Source: Diplonema japonicum (taxonomy: Eukaryota > Protista > Euglenozoa: Diplonemea). Taken from it: a stretch of 64,000 bases of DNA. Both the position numbers and the translations under genes were made by a program. The notes below the pieces were generated by a model that was given only the letters and a program-made list of their open reading frames with translations, was not told the DNA's origin and did not search any database. The stretch is taken from assembly GCA_964019335.1 (NCBI GenBank), contig OZ025709.1:186001-250000 (forward strand), given 5' to 3'. Below, one piece after another: positions 1 through 10,934 of this stretch. Each line of letters starts with the position of its first letter. Position 1 is the stretch's first letter.

Positions 1-380
1 AATAGAAATACGTTTAAATTGGACAAGTCGCATATCTGCGGCACCTCGGACCTTGTGTTCAAAGAACGGCCATAAGTGGTGAAAAAAAATAACCAGCCCA
101 CCCTGTACGCTGAATAAGCGCTGCTTGCCGAAACCATGGAACCTCCGGATAGCATGTGCCCTTTGCAAGAGTTGTTTCTCTCAAATGCTGCTCTACCACC
201 AAAGTTTGGGCGCGTCTGGGGCTGAAATGTAGGCCGCTTCGCGCTCCAGAAATGGGGTAGTGAAAATAATATAGGTACACACCCTCTAACTCCGCCCTCG
301 CCATTTTATTTTTGGTATTTGAACGAAAAGTTCAAATAATCGACTTTTTAGACGAAAAATAGCGGTCATTTATGGGTTAA
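1..380. mobile_element. Probable right end of a piggyBac-type element (left end outside window)
   Basis: Complex sequence ends abruptly in GGTCATTTATGGG-TTAA (GGG ends at 376, TTAA 377-380) before an A-tract. The reverse complement TTAA-CCCATAAATGACC resembles a piggyBac terminus. The partner TIR is not visible. Confidence 0.4.
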
Positions 381-468
381 GTAGAAAAAAAAAAAAAAAA
401 AGAAGAAAAAAAAAAGGTAGACATGGGGGAAAACGAAATTCGATCCTTTAACATGAATGTGACAAGTC

Positions 469-726
469 GAACATCGCTCCAGTGTACCCTAAGTACAAGG
501 GGTGGGGGTGTTTGTAGACAAACGACACATTGGAACCTGTGCGGTGCCACCTTTCAGACATGGCGTGGCTGGGTAGGCATCTTTTTCTTTTGCCGAAGCC
601 AAATGCAATCCATGTTACCCCCTGTTTTGAAAGGTCTGTTTGTACCTTCCCCGCCACATGGTTTGACACGCGTGACATGGGGAAGTGTCGTTACGCACCC
701 GGACCCGGCCAAAAGTCTTGCTGCCC
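469..726. repeat. Dispersed repeat, copy 1 (partner at 12990-13229)
   Basis: 469-534 is identical over 66 bp to 12990-13055. Blocks AGGCATCTTTTTCTTTTGCCGAAGCCAAATGC and GTCTTGCTGCCC are also shared, in the same order. Confidence 0.85.
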
Positions 727-1743
727 CAAACAAAACAAAACAACAAAACAAAAACAAAAATACGGCGCCACCTCTTTGAGATAAAATAAACTCAAATCGG
801 CATGCAGTGGAGGGACATCATATTGGCTCCGCGTAATAGCATGGGGGAATAGGAGATAGAAGCTGCAGGGGGGGGTTTTTTTTTTGTTTTGTTTTGTTCC
901 TTGAAAACCATAAAAGGAAAAAAAAGGGGGGGTTTTAATCGCAGTGCTAAAGGCCCGATAAGGGCTTTCTTTTACCAATCGGGTCTTTCTCAGAAAGCAC
1001 AGGAAAAGCATCAAAGAAACACAACAAAACATTTTTGAACATCGTTGAAGAAAAAGAACAAGAAAAGAAAACACAGAAGGGGAGGGGGGAGGTAAAGGGA
1101 GCGGCTGCTTCCCTTTCTCTTGGGTAGTTGTCTTTCTTCAAAATTCACTTTTTCATTGTATCATTTTTTTCTTAGGTTAAAAAAGAAAAAAGTAAAAGAG
1201 AATGTGCAATCGCGTCAAGACAGGAGAGGAAGTAAAACAAGAAAGAGAGGGAATCTAGCAAATTCTGAGAAATGGGAGAAATAATAAAAACTTGTGACTT
1301 GATTTTATTGGGTATGGGACCCGTGTTAAGCCTCAGAATAAAGAATAACAAATGTGACTTTTTTTTTCTTCTTTCTTTTGTATCGTTGTCAGTAAACAAA
1401 CAGAAAACTAGAAAAGTATTTTGTAAAGCCACGGAAGAATAAAATTTAAGAAAAGAAACAAAACAGGAAGCTCTTGTCAATCATAGCCATGCATTGCAGG
1501 TTACAAGACGCTCATAGGAAGAAGAAAAAATCGATTAATTCTACCTTGAACCCCCGTTTTTTTTATCAGTGGCCTCTTCTTCTCTTTTGTGTTTCTGCTT
1601 CTTCTTCATCTCACGATGGAGACCATCCATTTTACGAAGAGACGAAGGAAGAGTAAAGGAGAGAAGAGAGGGGAAGAAGGGAGACAACATCATACACACA
1701 GTCAATAATATATAGTTAGGAGTGCAACATCAACTGGGGGTGC

Positions 1744-4056
1744 TTACACCTGCCTCTCGGAGGGGAGAGTCTTGCTTGTCTCTCCCATGGCCACTTCGTT
1801 GGCACCACCACCACCACCGTACTTGTTCTTCCACCACCACACACCAGCTGCCGCAATGATTGCCAGCACCAGTGCCACGCCCAGCACGATGAGCACAATG
1901 GCCAAGGTCTTCTTGTCGCCCCCATTGCCGCCAGCAGGAGACAGCGTGGGGGAAGTTGTTGCAGGTGTTGTTGTTGTTCCAGGAACAGAGGTGCCTGGCG
2001 CAGGGGTCGCAGGAGAGGCTGTGCGAGGTGCTTCTGTTGCTGGTGCAGTGGTACGGGGCGCTGGTGTTCTCGGTGAGGGTGTGGGTGGTGCTGGTGTGGA
2101 GGGAGCAGGGGTTGCAGGTGCAGGGGTACGCGGGGCGGGTGTCGAAGGAGCAGGGGTGGGTGGGGCAGGGGTTGCAGGAGCAGGGGTGGGTGGTGCAGGG
2201 GTCGCAGGAGCAGGAGTGGGTGGTGCAGGGGTCATTGGAGCCACAGTGGGCTCCGCAGTGGGAGGTGCAAGGGTCCCGTTCCACACCTCAATCACAGACA
2301 TCCCCACCTCTGCCATGTATGCCAGATTCCCCATCACAGCGATGCCATTGAACGCTGACTTGCTGTACCCGTCGATGAGGGTGGGTGCCGAAGGGTTGCT
2401 CACATCAACCAGCTGCAATCCCTCGCTCCCAGAGATGAGTGCAATCTCCCCCACCACCTTCACCCCCGTCGCTTGGGGCGTCGCGAAATTCCCGACGATG
2501 GACGGCGCCGATGGGGTGCTCACATCGACTATGGTCAGGCCTGTACGACCCGCAACATAAATAGTGGTCCCGCTCCCTGTCACCCCTTGTGAGGTGCCGG
2601 TTCTCACGTTGCTGATGAGCATGGGGGCAGAAGGAGTTCCCACATCGATCAGGGTCAAGCCCCTGCTGCTTACCACATAGGCCGTCGTCCCTGACACAAG
2701 CACCCCGTTGCAGCGTGAAAGGTCGTACTTGCCCACACGCTTGATGTTGGAAGGGCTGCTGACGTCGAGCACTTCAAAACCATCCGAGTGCGTCCCCACA
2801 TAGGCCACAGTCCCAATCACATCCATAGAGAGGGCACAGTATTGATACTTCCCATTGGTTTCGTACGTCCCCAGAACCCTCGGCTGGTGAGGGGTGCTCA
2901 CATCGAAGACGAAGAAGTACCGGCAGGAGGCCACGTACACAGTGCTCCCAACCACCTGCACGGCCTTGGCCCATGTGGCTTCTCCATAGGAGCCCACCAC
3001 TGTCGGGGCAAGTGGGTTGCTGATGTCCACCACTCGCAAGACTGTCTTGTCACCGACAATGTATGCAAAGTCCCCAGAAACAGCAACGCCCCTTGTAAAA
3101 CCACCAGGAGGCTTGAACTCTCCCAGCAGCGTGGGGTTGGAAGTGGTCCTCACGTCCAGCACCTCGATCCCGTTGCTGGCAACGTAAGCCACGCCGCCCT
3201 CAACCTGCACCAGACGGTTCTGCGTTGCAACGCGCTCGCCGAGGAGCAACGGGGGGTCACTGCTCACATCCACAATCGAAAAGCCTCTTTTACTGCTCCC
3301 AACGCCGTTGCAGGCCAGGTACGCCGTGTGGTTCGCAACGTAGATATCCACTGTGATGACGTGCTTGAACTCCAACTTGAAGGAAGGGGACGAGGGGTCC
3401 GCCACATCGAAGATCATGAAGCCGACCCCCGTAGCCAGGTAGGCGGTGTCGTCGTCGACAAAGATGTTCCCTGTATGGAAGCTCACGTTGGTGTCCACAG
3501 AGCCGAGCAGGACAGGGGAAGAAGGGTTGCTGAAGTCGATGATGTTGAGGTCACGGGTAGCACCGTTTGACCCGTTAGATGCAGTGGTGTAGACTGTGGT
3601 GTCCACAACGAAGAGGCTTTCAGCGAAGCTCTCATTGTACTTGCCAAGGAGCTCGGGGGTTGTGGGGTCGGCCACATCGATTGCAAAGACATCACCCAGA
3701 TTGGACCGCAGGTAGGCAACACCCCCGGACACCTGCACCCCGATGCAAGGCTCCGAGTACTGCCCCACCACAGACCCCTTCTGTATGATCTGAAGCCCAG
3801 ATCCACGATCCGCCACGTAAACAACGTCCCCTGCCACGTCAACACCTCTTGCCCCTCCACCGGTCTCCACTCTCCACAGCTCCTTCGTTTCATCGGGTTT
3901 CTTCACATCCACTGCAACCAGACCAGAGGCCCCAGCAGCGGTATAAGCAGTTCCTCCCACAACCTTCAAGCCATAAATGACGTCTACCGCCTTTGTCTGC
4001 CCCAACAGTGATAGTTCTGCTGCCACAGACACATAGAGAAGTGAAAGAAGCACCAT
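1744..4056 (-). CDS. LVIVD-repeat beta-propeller type I membrane protein with Pro/Thr/Ala mucin-like stalk, paralog A (770 aa)
   Basis: Signal-like MVLLSLLYVSVAA (same start as paralog B); about 13 repeats of V.G..AYV....GL.I.DVS.PS.P..LG.Y; PTPAP stalk; TM helix TLAIVLIVLGVALVLAIIAAAGVWWW; short cytoplasmic tail. Confidence 0.9.
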   Translation of the reverse strand: MVLLSLLYVSVAAELSLLGQTKAVDVIYGLKVVGGTAYTAAGASGLVAVDVKKPDETKELWRVETGGGARGVDVAGDVVYVADRGSGLQIIQKGSVVGQYSEPCIGVQVSGGVAYLRSNLGDVFAIDVADPTTPELLGKYNESFAESLFVVDTTVYTTASNGSNGATRDLNIIDFSNPSSPVLLGSVDTNVSFHTGNIFVDDDTAYLATGVGFMIFDVADPSSPSFKLEFKHVITVDIYVANHTAYLACNGVGSSKRGFSIVDVSSDPPLLLGERVATQNRLVQVEGGVAYVASNGIEVLDVRTTSNPTLLGEFKPPGGFTRGVAVSGDFAYIVGDKTVLRVVDISNPLAPTVVGSYGEATWAKAVQVVGSTVYVASCRYFFVFDVSTPHQPRVLGTYETNGKYQYCALSMDVIGTVAYVGTHSDGFEVLDVSSPSNIKRVGKYDLSRCNGVLVSGTTAYVVSSRGLTLIDVGTPSAPMLISNVRTGTSQGVTGSGTTIYVAGRTGLTIVDVSTPSAPSIVGNFATPQATGVKVVGEIALISGSEGLQLVDVSNPSAPTLIDGYSKSAFNGIAVMGNLAYMAEVGMSVIEVWNGTLAPPTAEPTVAPMTPAPPTPAPATPAPPTPAPATPAPPTPAPSTPAPRTPAPATPAPSTPAPPTPSPRTPAPRTTAPATEAPRTASPATPAPGTSVPGTTTTPATTSPTLSPAGGNGGDKKTLAIVLIVLGVALVLAIIAAAGVWWWKNKYGGGGGANEVAMGETSKTLPSERQV

Positions 4057-5012
4057 ATTGGTTCTGAAGGGTGTTTTTCTTGTCTGTTGGATGCAAAGCA
4101 TGAAAAAGGAAGCGGGGGGGGGAGGGAGAAAGATAGGTTAGTTGGTAGAAAAGTCGAAAAAGTTTCCTGCACCATGGGACGCATTGGTTAGCAACGGCCC
4201 ACAAAGATAGGCTGGTAGGTTGAAGTCAGTAAGAATAAAATAAACCAAGTAAGTAGGTAAAAGAACAAATCAAAAGAAAGCTGCAGGGGTTCCTTGAAAA
4301 ACAGAAAAAGGAAATAAAATCGCAGTGCTTATCCGATAAAGGTCCCTCGGTCTCCCCTTTTGTATTGTTGGGGTCTTAACCACGGAAAAACACAGGAAAT
4401 GCTTTGAACAAAAAAAACAAAAAACATTACAATTTTCTTTTTATTACTCATTACAAGGTTTACGATATTCGTCATGAAAAACAAACCTTTGAGTTTCCAA
4501 TAAATTCGCACAACACTTCAGCGACAATATACGAAAATTCCCTGACGAAAAAAAAAAGGAAAAAAAAAAATACAAGCGTTTTTTGAGAATGCGAAAGAGA
4601 AAGGTTCAGGGCTGTGATGCTGGGTCCTTTTTCACTTCCGATTCGCGCTTCGACCACTTTAGGTCGCTTTATGGATTTTTTCGTCGAGTTTTCATTCTTG
4701 TATATGTTCGGTTAAAGTGCTGCTCTTTTTTTCTTTTTTCTTTTTGTTTCTTCTTTTTTTTCCCCTCTTTTTTTATCTTTTTATCTTGAAGAGCTAAAGT
4801 ATAATTTAAAGGGCCTTCGAGTTATCATTTCGAGTCCCGTTTATTAAAACTCTAGACACGAAAAAGGAAAAACAGAAAGGGGGGGAGGGGGGGGCGGGAA
4901 AGAGAGTGCCAGTTGCTTCCCTTTCTCCTCTCTGGGTGGTAGATCATATAGTTGCACCCTCTTTTTTTTTTTTTTTTTTTTTTTCCTTTGGGTGAAAGAA
5001 CAAAAAAATAAT

Positions 5013-5313
5013 TCTTTATGACTATATGTCTTTGTTGTTCGGCGGCATTTTACTTTTTTGTTGTTCGCACGAGCAAAAAAGATTTTTTAAAAAGCTGAGA
5101 AAGTTTTTTGCTCGGCACAAGTTGCATATAGTTATAAAATCTTTTTTTTTGAAAGATAAATATTTGTAACAAAAAAAAAAATCTTTATGACTATATGTCT
5201 TTGTTGTTCGCACGAGCAAAAAAGGTTTTTTAAAAAGCTGCGAAAGTTTTTTGCTCGGCACAAGTTGCATATAGTTATAAAATCATTTTTTTTGAAAGAT
5301 AGATATTTGTAAC
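5013..5313. mobile_element. Head-to-tail dimer of a small (about 130-170 bp) element with terminal/subterminal inverted repeat
   Basis: Units start at 5013 and 5182. TTTATGACTATATG pairs with CATATAGTTATAAA (13/14). Internal hairpin GAGCAAAAAA...TTTTTTGCTC. Absent from the paralogous flank near 1150-1220. Confidence 0.55.
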
Positions 5314-5909
5314 AAAAAAAAAAAAAAAAAAGATTAAGAAGGTGCAATAGAGACAGGGGAGGAAGGAAAAAAAACAAGAAGGTACCAAAACTAAGGAAAA
5401 TGGGAGAAACGAGAGAATAAACAAATAAACAAAGCGTGACTTTCACTTCACCACTTGTCAACAAACAAAAATGAATTTAAACAAAAAATCAATTCTTCGT
5501 GACTACGTCATTTTGAAAGATAAATGCTACAATAGAAGAAAAAAAAAATATATATATGAGTTAAAGGAGGTCGGTTGTGAGACGCCCCAGGGATTTTAAA
5601 ATAGTTCCATTTTGAAGAATACAATAAAAAAAAAGAAACAAAATAGCAGCCAATGATTGCAAGTTACACCTAAGAGTCCTCTGGGAGTCGAAGGGAAGAA
5701 GCAAAAGACATTGGACCTCTATTTCTTTTTATCAGTGGCTTCCTCTCCCCTTTTGTGTTTCTTCTTCTTGATCCCACAACGAGACCATCCATTTTACGAA
5801 GTTTCGATGGACGAAGAAGAGAGGAAAGGTGAGAAGAGGGGGAGACACAACATCATACACACAGTCAATAATATATAGTTAGGAGGAGTGCAACATCAAC
5901 TGGGGGTGC

Positions 5910-8204
5910 TTACACCTGCCTCTCGGAGGGGAGAGTCTTGCTTGTCTCTCCCATGGCCACTTCGTTGGCACCACCACCACCACCGTACTTGTTCTTCCAC
6001 CACCACACACCAGCTGCCATACTGATTACCAGCACCAGTGCCACGCCCAGCACGATGAGCACAATGGCCAAGGTCTTCTTGTCGCCCCCATTGCCGCCAG
6101 CAGGAGACAGCGTGGGGGAAGTTGTTGCAGGTGTTGTTGTTGTTCCAGGAACAGAGGTGCCTGGCGCAGGGGTCGCAGGAGAGGCTGTGCGAGGTGCTTC
6201 TGTTGCTGGTGCAGTGGTACGGGGCGCTGGTGTTCTCGGTGAGGGTGTGGGTGGTGCTGGTGTGGAGGGAGCAGGGGTTGCAGGTGCAGGGGTACGCGGG
6301 GCGGGTGTCGAAGGAGCAGGGGTGGGTGGGGCAGGGGTTGCAGGAGCAGGGGTGGGTGGTGCAGGGGTCGCAGGAGCAGGAGTGGGTGGTGCAGGGGTCA
6401 TTGGAGCCACAGTGGGCTCCGCAGTGGGAGGTGCAAGGGTCCCGTTCCACACCTCAATCACAGACATCCCCACCTCTGCCATGTATGCCAGATTCCCCAT
6501 CACAGCGATGCCATTGAACGCTGACTTGCTGTACCCGTCGATGAGGGTGGGTGCCGAAGGGTTGCTCACATCAACCAGCTGCAATCCCTCGCTCCCAGAG
6601 ATGAGTGCAATCTCCCCCACCACCTTCACCCCCGTCGCTTGGGGCGTCGCGAAATTCCCGACGATGGACGGCGCCGATGGGGTGCTCACATCGACTATGG
6701 TCAGGCCTGTACGACCCGCAACATAAATAGTGGTCCCGCTCCCTGTCACCCCTTGTGAGGTGCCGGTTCTCACGTTGCTGATGAGCATGGGGGCAGAAGG
6801 AGTTCCCACATCGATCAGGGTCAAGCCATCGATGTTTACCACATAGGCCGTCGTCCCTGACACAAACACCCCGGAAGACGTAAGACTGTACTTGCCCACA
6901 CGCTTGATGTTGGAAGGGCTGCTGACGTCGAGCACTTCAAAACCATCCGAGTGCGTCCCCACATAGGCCACAGTCCCAATCACATCCACAGAGGAGGCAC
7001 AGTATGTAAACATCCCATTGGTTCTGTACGTCCCCAGAACCCTCGGTTTTTGAGGGGTGCTCACATCGAAGACGAAGAAGTACCCGCAGGAGGCCACGTA
7101 CACAGTGCTCCCAACCACCTGCACGGCCCTAGCCCATGTGGTTCCTCCATAGGAGCCCACCACTGTCGGGGCAAGTGGGTTGCTGATGTCCACCACTCGC
7201 AAGACTGTCTTGTCACCGACAATGTATGCAAAGTCCCCAGAAACAGCAACGCCCCTTGTAAAACCACCAGGAGGCTTGAACTCTCCCAGCAGCGTGGGGT
7301 TGGAAGTGGTCCTCACGTCCAGCACCTCGATCCCGTTGCTGGCAACGTAAGCCACGCCGCCCTCAACCTGCACCAGACGGTTCTGCGTTGCAACGCGCTC
7401 GCCGAGGAGCAACGGGGGGTCACTGCTCACATCCACAATCGAAAAGCCTCTAGTATTACTGTTCAGGTACGCCGTGTGGTTCGCAACGTAGATATTCGAC
7501 GCGAAGTCGGAGTCGTACCTGGACCTGAAGGAAGGGGACGAGGGGTCCGCCACATCGAAGATCAGGAAGCTGACCCCCGTAGCCAGGTAGGCGGTGTCGT
7601 CGTCGACAAAGGTGTTCCCTATAAGGTAAGTCAAGTTGGTGTCCACAGAGCCGAGCAGGACAGGGGAAGAAGGGTTGCTGAAGTCGATGATGTTGAGGTC
7701 ACGGGTAGCACCGTTTGACCCGTTAGATGCAGTGGTGTAGACTGTGGTGTCCACAACGAAGAGGCTTTCAGCGAAGCTCTCATTGTACTTGCCAAGGAGC
7801 TCGGGGGTTGTGGGGTCGGCCACATCGATTGCAAAGACATCACCCAGATTGGACCGCAGGTAGGCAACACCCCCGGACACCTGCACCCCGATGCAAGGCT
7901 CCGAGTACTGCCCCACCACAGACCCCTTCTGTATGATCTGAAGCCCAGATCCACGATCCGCCACGTAAACAACGTCCCCTGCCACGTCAACACCTCTTGC
8001 CCCTCCACCGGTCTCCACTCTCCACAGCTCCTTCGTTTCATCGGGTTTCTTCACATCCACTGCAACCAGACCAGAGGCCCCAGCAGCGGTATAAGCAGTT
8101 CCTCCCACAACCTTCAAGCCATAAATGACGTCTACCGCCTTTGTCTGCCCCAACAGTGATAGTTCTGCTGCCACAGACACATAGAGAAGTGAAAGAAGCA
8201 CCAT
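5910..8204 (-). CDS. LVIVD-repeat beta-propeller type I membrane protein, paralog B (764 aa)
   Basis: Same architecture as 1744-4056; identical except for about ten short patches. Confidence 0.9.
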   Translation of the reverse strand: MVLLSLLYVSVAAELSLLGQTKAVDVIYGLKVVGGTAYTAAGASGLVAVDVKKPDETKELWRVETGGGARGVDVAGDVVYVADRGSGLQIIQKGSVVGQYSEPCIGVQVSGGVAYLRSNLGDVFAIDVADPTTPELLGKYNESFAESLFVVDTTVYTTASNGSNGATRDLNIIDFSNPSSPVLLGSVDTNLTYLIGNTFVDDDTAYLATGVSFLIFDVADPSSPSFRSRYDSDFASNIYVANHTAYLNSNTRGFSIVDVSSDPPLLLGERVATQNRLVQVEGGVAYVASNGIEVLDVRTTSNPTLLGEFKPPGGFTRGVAVSGDFAYIVGDKTVLRVVDISNPLAPTVVGSYGGTTWARAVQVVGSTVYVASCGYFFVFDVSTPQKPRVLGTYRTNGMFTYCASSVDVIGTVAYVGTHSDGFEVLDVSSPSNIKRVGKYSLTSSGVFVSGTTAYVVNIDGLTLIDVGTPSAPMLISNVRTGTSQGVTGSGTTIYVAGRTGLTIVDVSTPSAPSIVGNFATPQATGVKVVGEIALISGSEGLQLVDVSNPSAPTLIDGYSKSAFNGIAVMGNLAYMAEVGMSVIEVWNGTLAPPTAEPTVAPMTPAPPTPAPATPAPPTPAPATPAPPTPAPSTPAPRTPAPATPAPSTPAPPTPSPRTPAPRTTAPATEAPRTASPATPAPGTSVPGTTTTPATTSPTLSPAGGNGGDKKTLAIVLIVLGVALVLVISMAAGVWWWKNKYGGGGGANEVAMGETSKTLPSERQV

Positions 8205-8849
8205 ATCGGTTCTGAAGGGTGTTTTTTCTTCTTCTTTCCGGAATCAAAAGAGCGTATGAATAAGAAAGGGGGAAACCCCCCTAAGAAAGGGAGGATAAAT
8301 GCTACTTTTTTACTCGTAGGGTAAGCCCCTCAGCCGCATTACGGTAATTTGGTTAGTCACAAGAGGCTTAAGACAGCTGAGGGTGGGGGGGCCTGCATGT
8401 GGAGATGGGGGAAAGGAGAATAAAAAAGAATTTATTTCTTGATTTATTTCTTGTTTTCTTCTCCCTCCCCCAGCCACATGCTACCTAAGAAACGAGGGGG
8501 GGGGAGGGGGAGAGAAAAAACAAAGCGAAAAGGACAATCAAAGGATACCGACAGGTACGTTTTTTTTTTTTTTTTTTTTTTTTATTTTTTTTATTCCTAC
8601 TACCTTTTTCATTGTACGTGCTGTGTTGTTCAAATTGCTCATACAAAAAAGAGGAAGAAAAAAACGTTGTTCGTACCCTGTAGTGAAAAAAAAAAAAAAA
8701 TTCACTATGATAGGAACGAAGTGGTTAGCAACGGCCCGCCAAAAAAAAGAAGAAAAAAAAAACATTTCCTTTTCTAGTTTTATCTTTCCTCACACCCACC
8801 CCTGCCCACCCCGTTCCTTTGTTACACCTCTTTTTCTCTTCCTTTCTAT

Positions 8850-10502
8850 CTAATTCTCAGGCGTCACTGTAAAAGTAATAAGATACTTAGGGCATGACCG
8901 GTAGTTACCGTAAACCAGATAAAAGTGACCATCTTTCTCAACAGTCTCATGACGAAGATCTGAAGGTGGAACAGCAGTGTGAAGTGTGGTATGCGAGGAA
9001 ACGGTTTCAAGGGAAGGCGCTCCTGCGGCACCAGCAGACGATAACTTCCCAGCGTACACATCAGCAAGGAAGATCTGTTGCGTACCTTCACTGGTAGAGT
9101 AAGCACTGTCTGCGACACCTGCCGCTGTTGAAGTAAAGTGTGAAGCAGCACCCCAAGACGTGGAGGCAAAAAAGTTTTTGTCAAACCCCTGCCTGCATAT
9201 GACCTCCGGTTTCGTTACTTGACAACTATAAAACCATTCACACAATGTGTCGCTGCCAAGCTTCGCTCTTAAGGTACTGTTGTGGACTGCCTCTATCTTC
9301 ACCACTGCAGATCGTTTCACAGTAGCGAAGAGGCCCAGCAGCTTCTCCTTCTCGTCCCCGGTAACCTCCTCCAAACGGTACCCTTTCTCCGTTTGGCACG
9401 CCTTGCAGGTATTCTCCTCCGATGTGTTCAGCTTCGCACATTCTTCGCAGTTCCAGTCCCCTGGACGTTTTGGTACCACCTCCATGGTATGTCCGTCTCT
9501 GTTGGGCCTTGCGTCTCCGCACCTCCGGCATGATGGATTCCTCCCGAAGTTGCTCTCGGTACACTTTCTGCAGTTCCAGTTGTACCCCGTGCGTGCTGTC
9601 GGGGCAATCTCTCCGGGTGTCGGGGCCGACGGTTGTGGTAGCTTGGCGTTCCCGCATTTCCTGCACACGATGTTCCTTCCGAAGTTGTGCTCGCCGCAAG
9701 GACATTCCCAGTCGCCAGGTTTCACAGTGACTTGAGCTGTTGCAGGCCCAGGTCGTGGGTTCCCGCATTTTCTGCATGTGGTGTTCCTTCCGAAGTTGTG
9801 CTCGGAACAAGTGCATCTCCAGTCACCCGGTTTCATTACAGCTTGAGCTGTTGCGGGTCCGGGTCGTGGGTTCCCGCATTTTCTGCATGTGGTGTTCCTT
9901 TCGAAGTTGTGCTCGGAGCAAGAGCATCTCCAGTCACCCGGTTTCATCGTGACTTGAGCTCCAGGTCGTGGGGTTCTGCATTTTCTGCACACGGTGTTTC
10001 TTCCGAAGTTGTGCTCAGAGCAAGGACATTCCCAGTCACCCGGTTTCATCGGGATTTGAGCTGTTGCGGGCCCAGGTCGTGGGCCGCCACACTTTCTGCA
10101 TATGACGTTCCTTCCGAAGTTGTGCTCAGAGCAAGAACATTCCCAGTCACCCGGTTTCATCGGGGTTTGAGCTGTTGCAAGTCCAGGTCGTGGGCCGCCA
10201 CACTTTCTGCATGTGACGTTCCTTCCGAAGTTGTGCTCGGAGCAAGGACATTCCCAGTCACCGGGTTTCACCGTGACTTGAGCTGTTGCAGGTCCAGGTC
10301 GTGGCCCTCCACACTTTCTGCATATAGCGTTCCTTCCGAAGTTGTGCTCAGTGCAGACGCATCTCCAGTCACCTTGCCTCATCACCTGGTGGGCAGGGGC
10401 GGGTCTAGCAGGTCCGGGCCGTGGGACCCCGCACTTCCTGCACGCATCGTTCCTTCCGAAGTTGTGTTCGCCACAGCAGCAGTTCCAGTCATTCTGGTTC
10501 AT
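8850..10502 (-). CDS. Protein with ten RanBP2-type zinc fingers and a C-terminal degenerate PARP-like domain
   Basis: Eight DWxCxCxEHNFxRNxxCRKC repeats plus two CxxC variants. C-terminal motifs WFYSC..ICRQGFD, WGAASHF, IFLADVYAG and CPKYLITF align with the PARP12/13-type catalytic fold. Confidence 0.85.
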   Translation of the reverse strand: MNQNDWNCCCGEHNFGRNDACRKCGVPRPGPARPAPAHQVMRQGDWRCVCTEHNFGRNAICRKCGGPRPGPATAQVTVKPGDWECPCSEHNFGRNVTCRKCGGPRPGLATAQTPMKPGDWECSCSEHNFGRNVICRKCGGPRPGPATAQIPMKPGDWECPCSEHNFGRNTVCRKCRTPRPGAQVTMKPGDWRCSCSEHNFERNTTCRKCGNPRPGPATAQAVMKPGDWRCTCSEHNFGRNTTCRKCGNPRPGPATAQVTVKPGDWECPCGEHNFGRNIVCRKCGNAKLPQPSAPTPGEIAPTARTGYNWNCRKCTESNFGRNPSCRRCGDARPNRDGHTMEVVPKRPGDWNCEECAKLNTSEENTCKACQTEKGYRLEEVTGDEKEKLLGLFATVKRSAVVKIEAVHNSTLRAKLGSDTLCEWFYSCQVTKPEVICRQGFDKNFFASTSWGAASHFTSTAAGVADSAYSTSEGTQQIFLADVYAGKLSSAGAAGAPSLETVSSHTTLHTAVPPSDLRHETVEKDGHFYLVYGNYRSCPKYLITFTVTPEN

Positions 10503-10934
10503 GCTTTTTTTTTTTTTTTTTTTTTTTTTTTTTCGGAAACCTTTTGATGCAATTTTGTTTCTTTGTTCTCACCAAAAAACGAAAACATCATCAGATACAA
10601 AGACGGGGTCAGCTCGATAGGGCCGCACGGCATAAAGGCAGCAGCCCTGCCTCCGACTTCTTTTAAATAAAGCAGCGCGACTGGAGCCATCCCCGGTCGC
10701 GTTCCGCTCCTTCAACAGAAAACTGAATTTTCTCGATGAACCGTCATATCAACCTGCCAACCCACGACATTGGGTTATTCTGAACAAATCAGACATAACT
10801 TGTGTTTTGGTGTGTGTTGCTGGATGTGTTGATTTTCCAAAAGCAGTACGCTTATAATTCTAGCTTTTAACCAGCACTCCCCATGCGGCTACAGTTTCAA
10901 CATTCGGTTTAAACACGCAAACTGAGAACCTTCT

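Larger units (their letters stand above)
860..8225. repeat. Tandem segmental duplication (about 860-4080 and 4280-8225) carrying the two LVIVD genes
   Basis: CDS and proximal 3' flank are near-identical. Distal flanks keep collinear motifs (CTGCAGGGG, AATCGCAGTGCT, CACAGGAAA, TGCTTCCCTTTCTC, GAGACCATCCATTTTACGAAG) but are diverged and carry insertions in the second copy. Confidence 0.85.

Noticed and set aside
4430-4856. Helitron call for the insertion ending in a weak hairpin plus CTAG
   Set aside because: The hairpin is imperfect and the A/T target rule is not met. It is probably an insertion but cannot be classified.
2655-7640. Diversity-generating retroelement as the cause of LVIVD variation
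   Set aside because: Differences involve all four bases and indels rather than adenines only, and no reverse transcriptase or template repeat is present.
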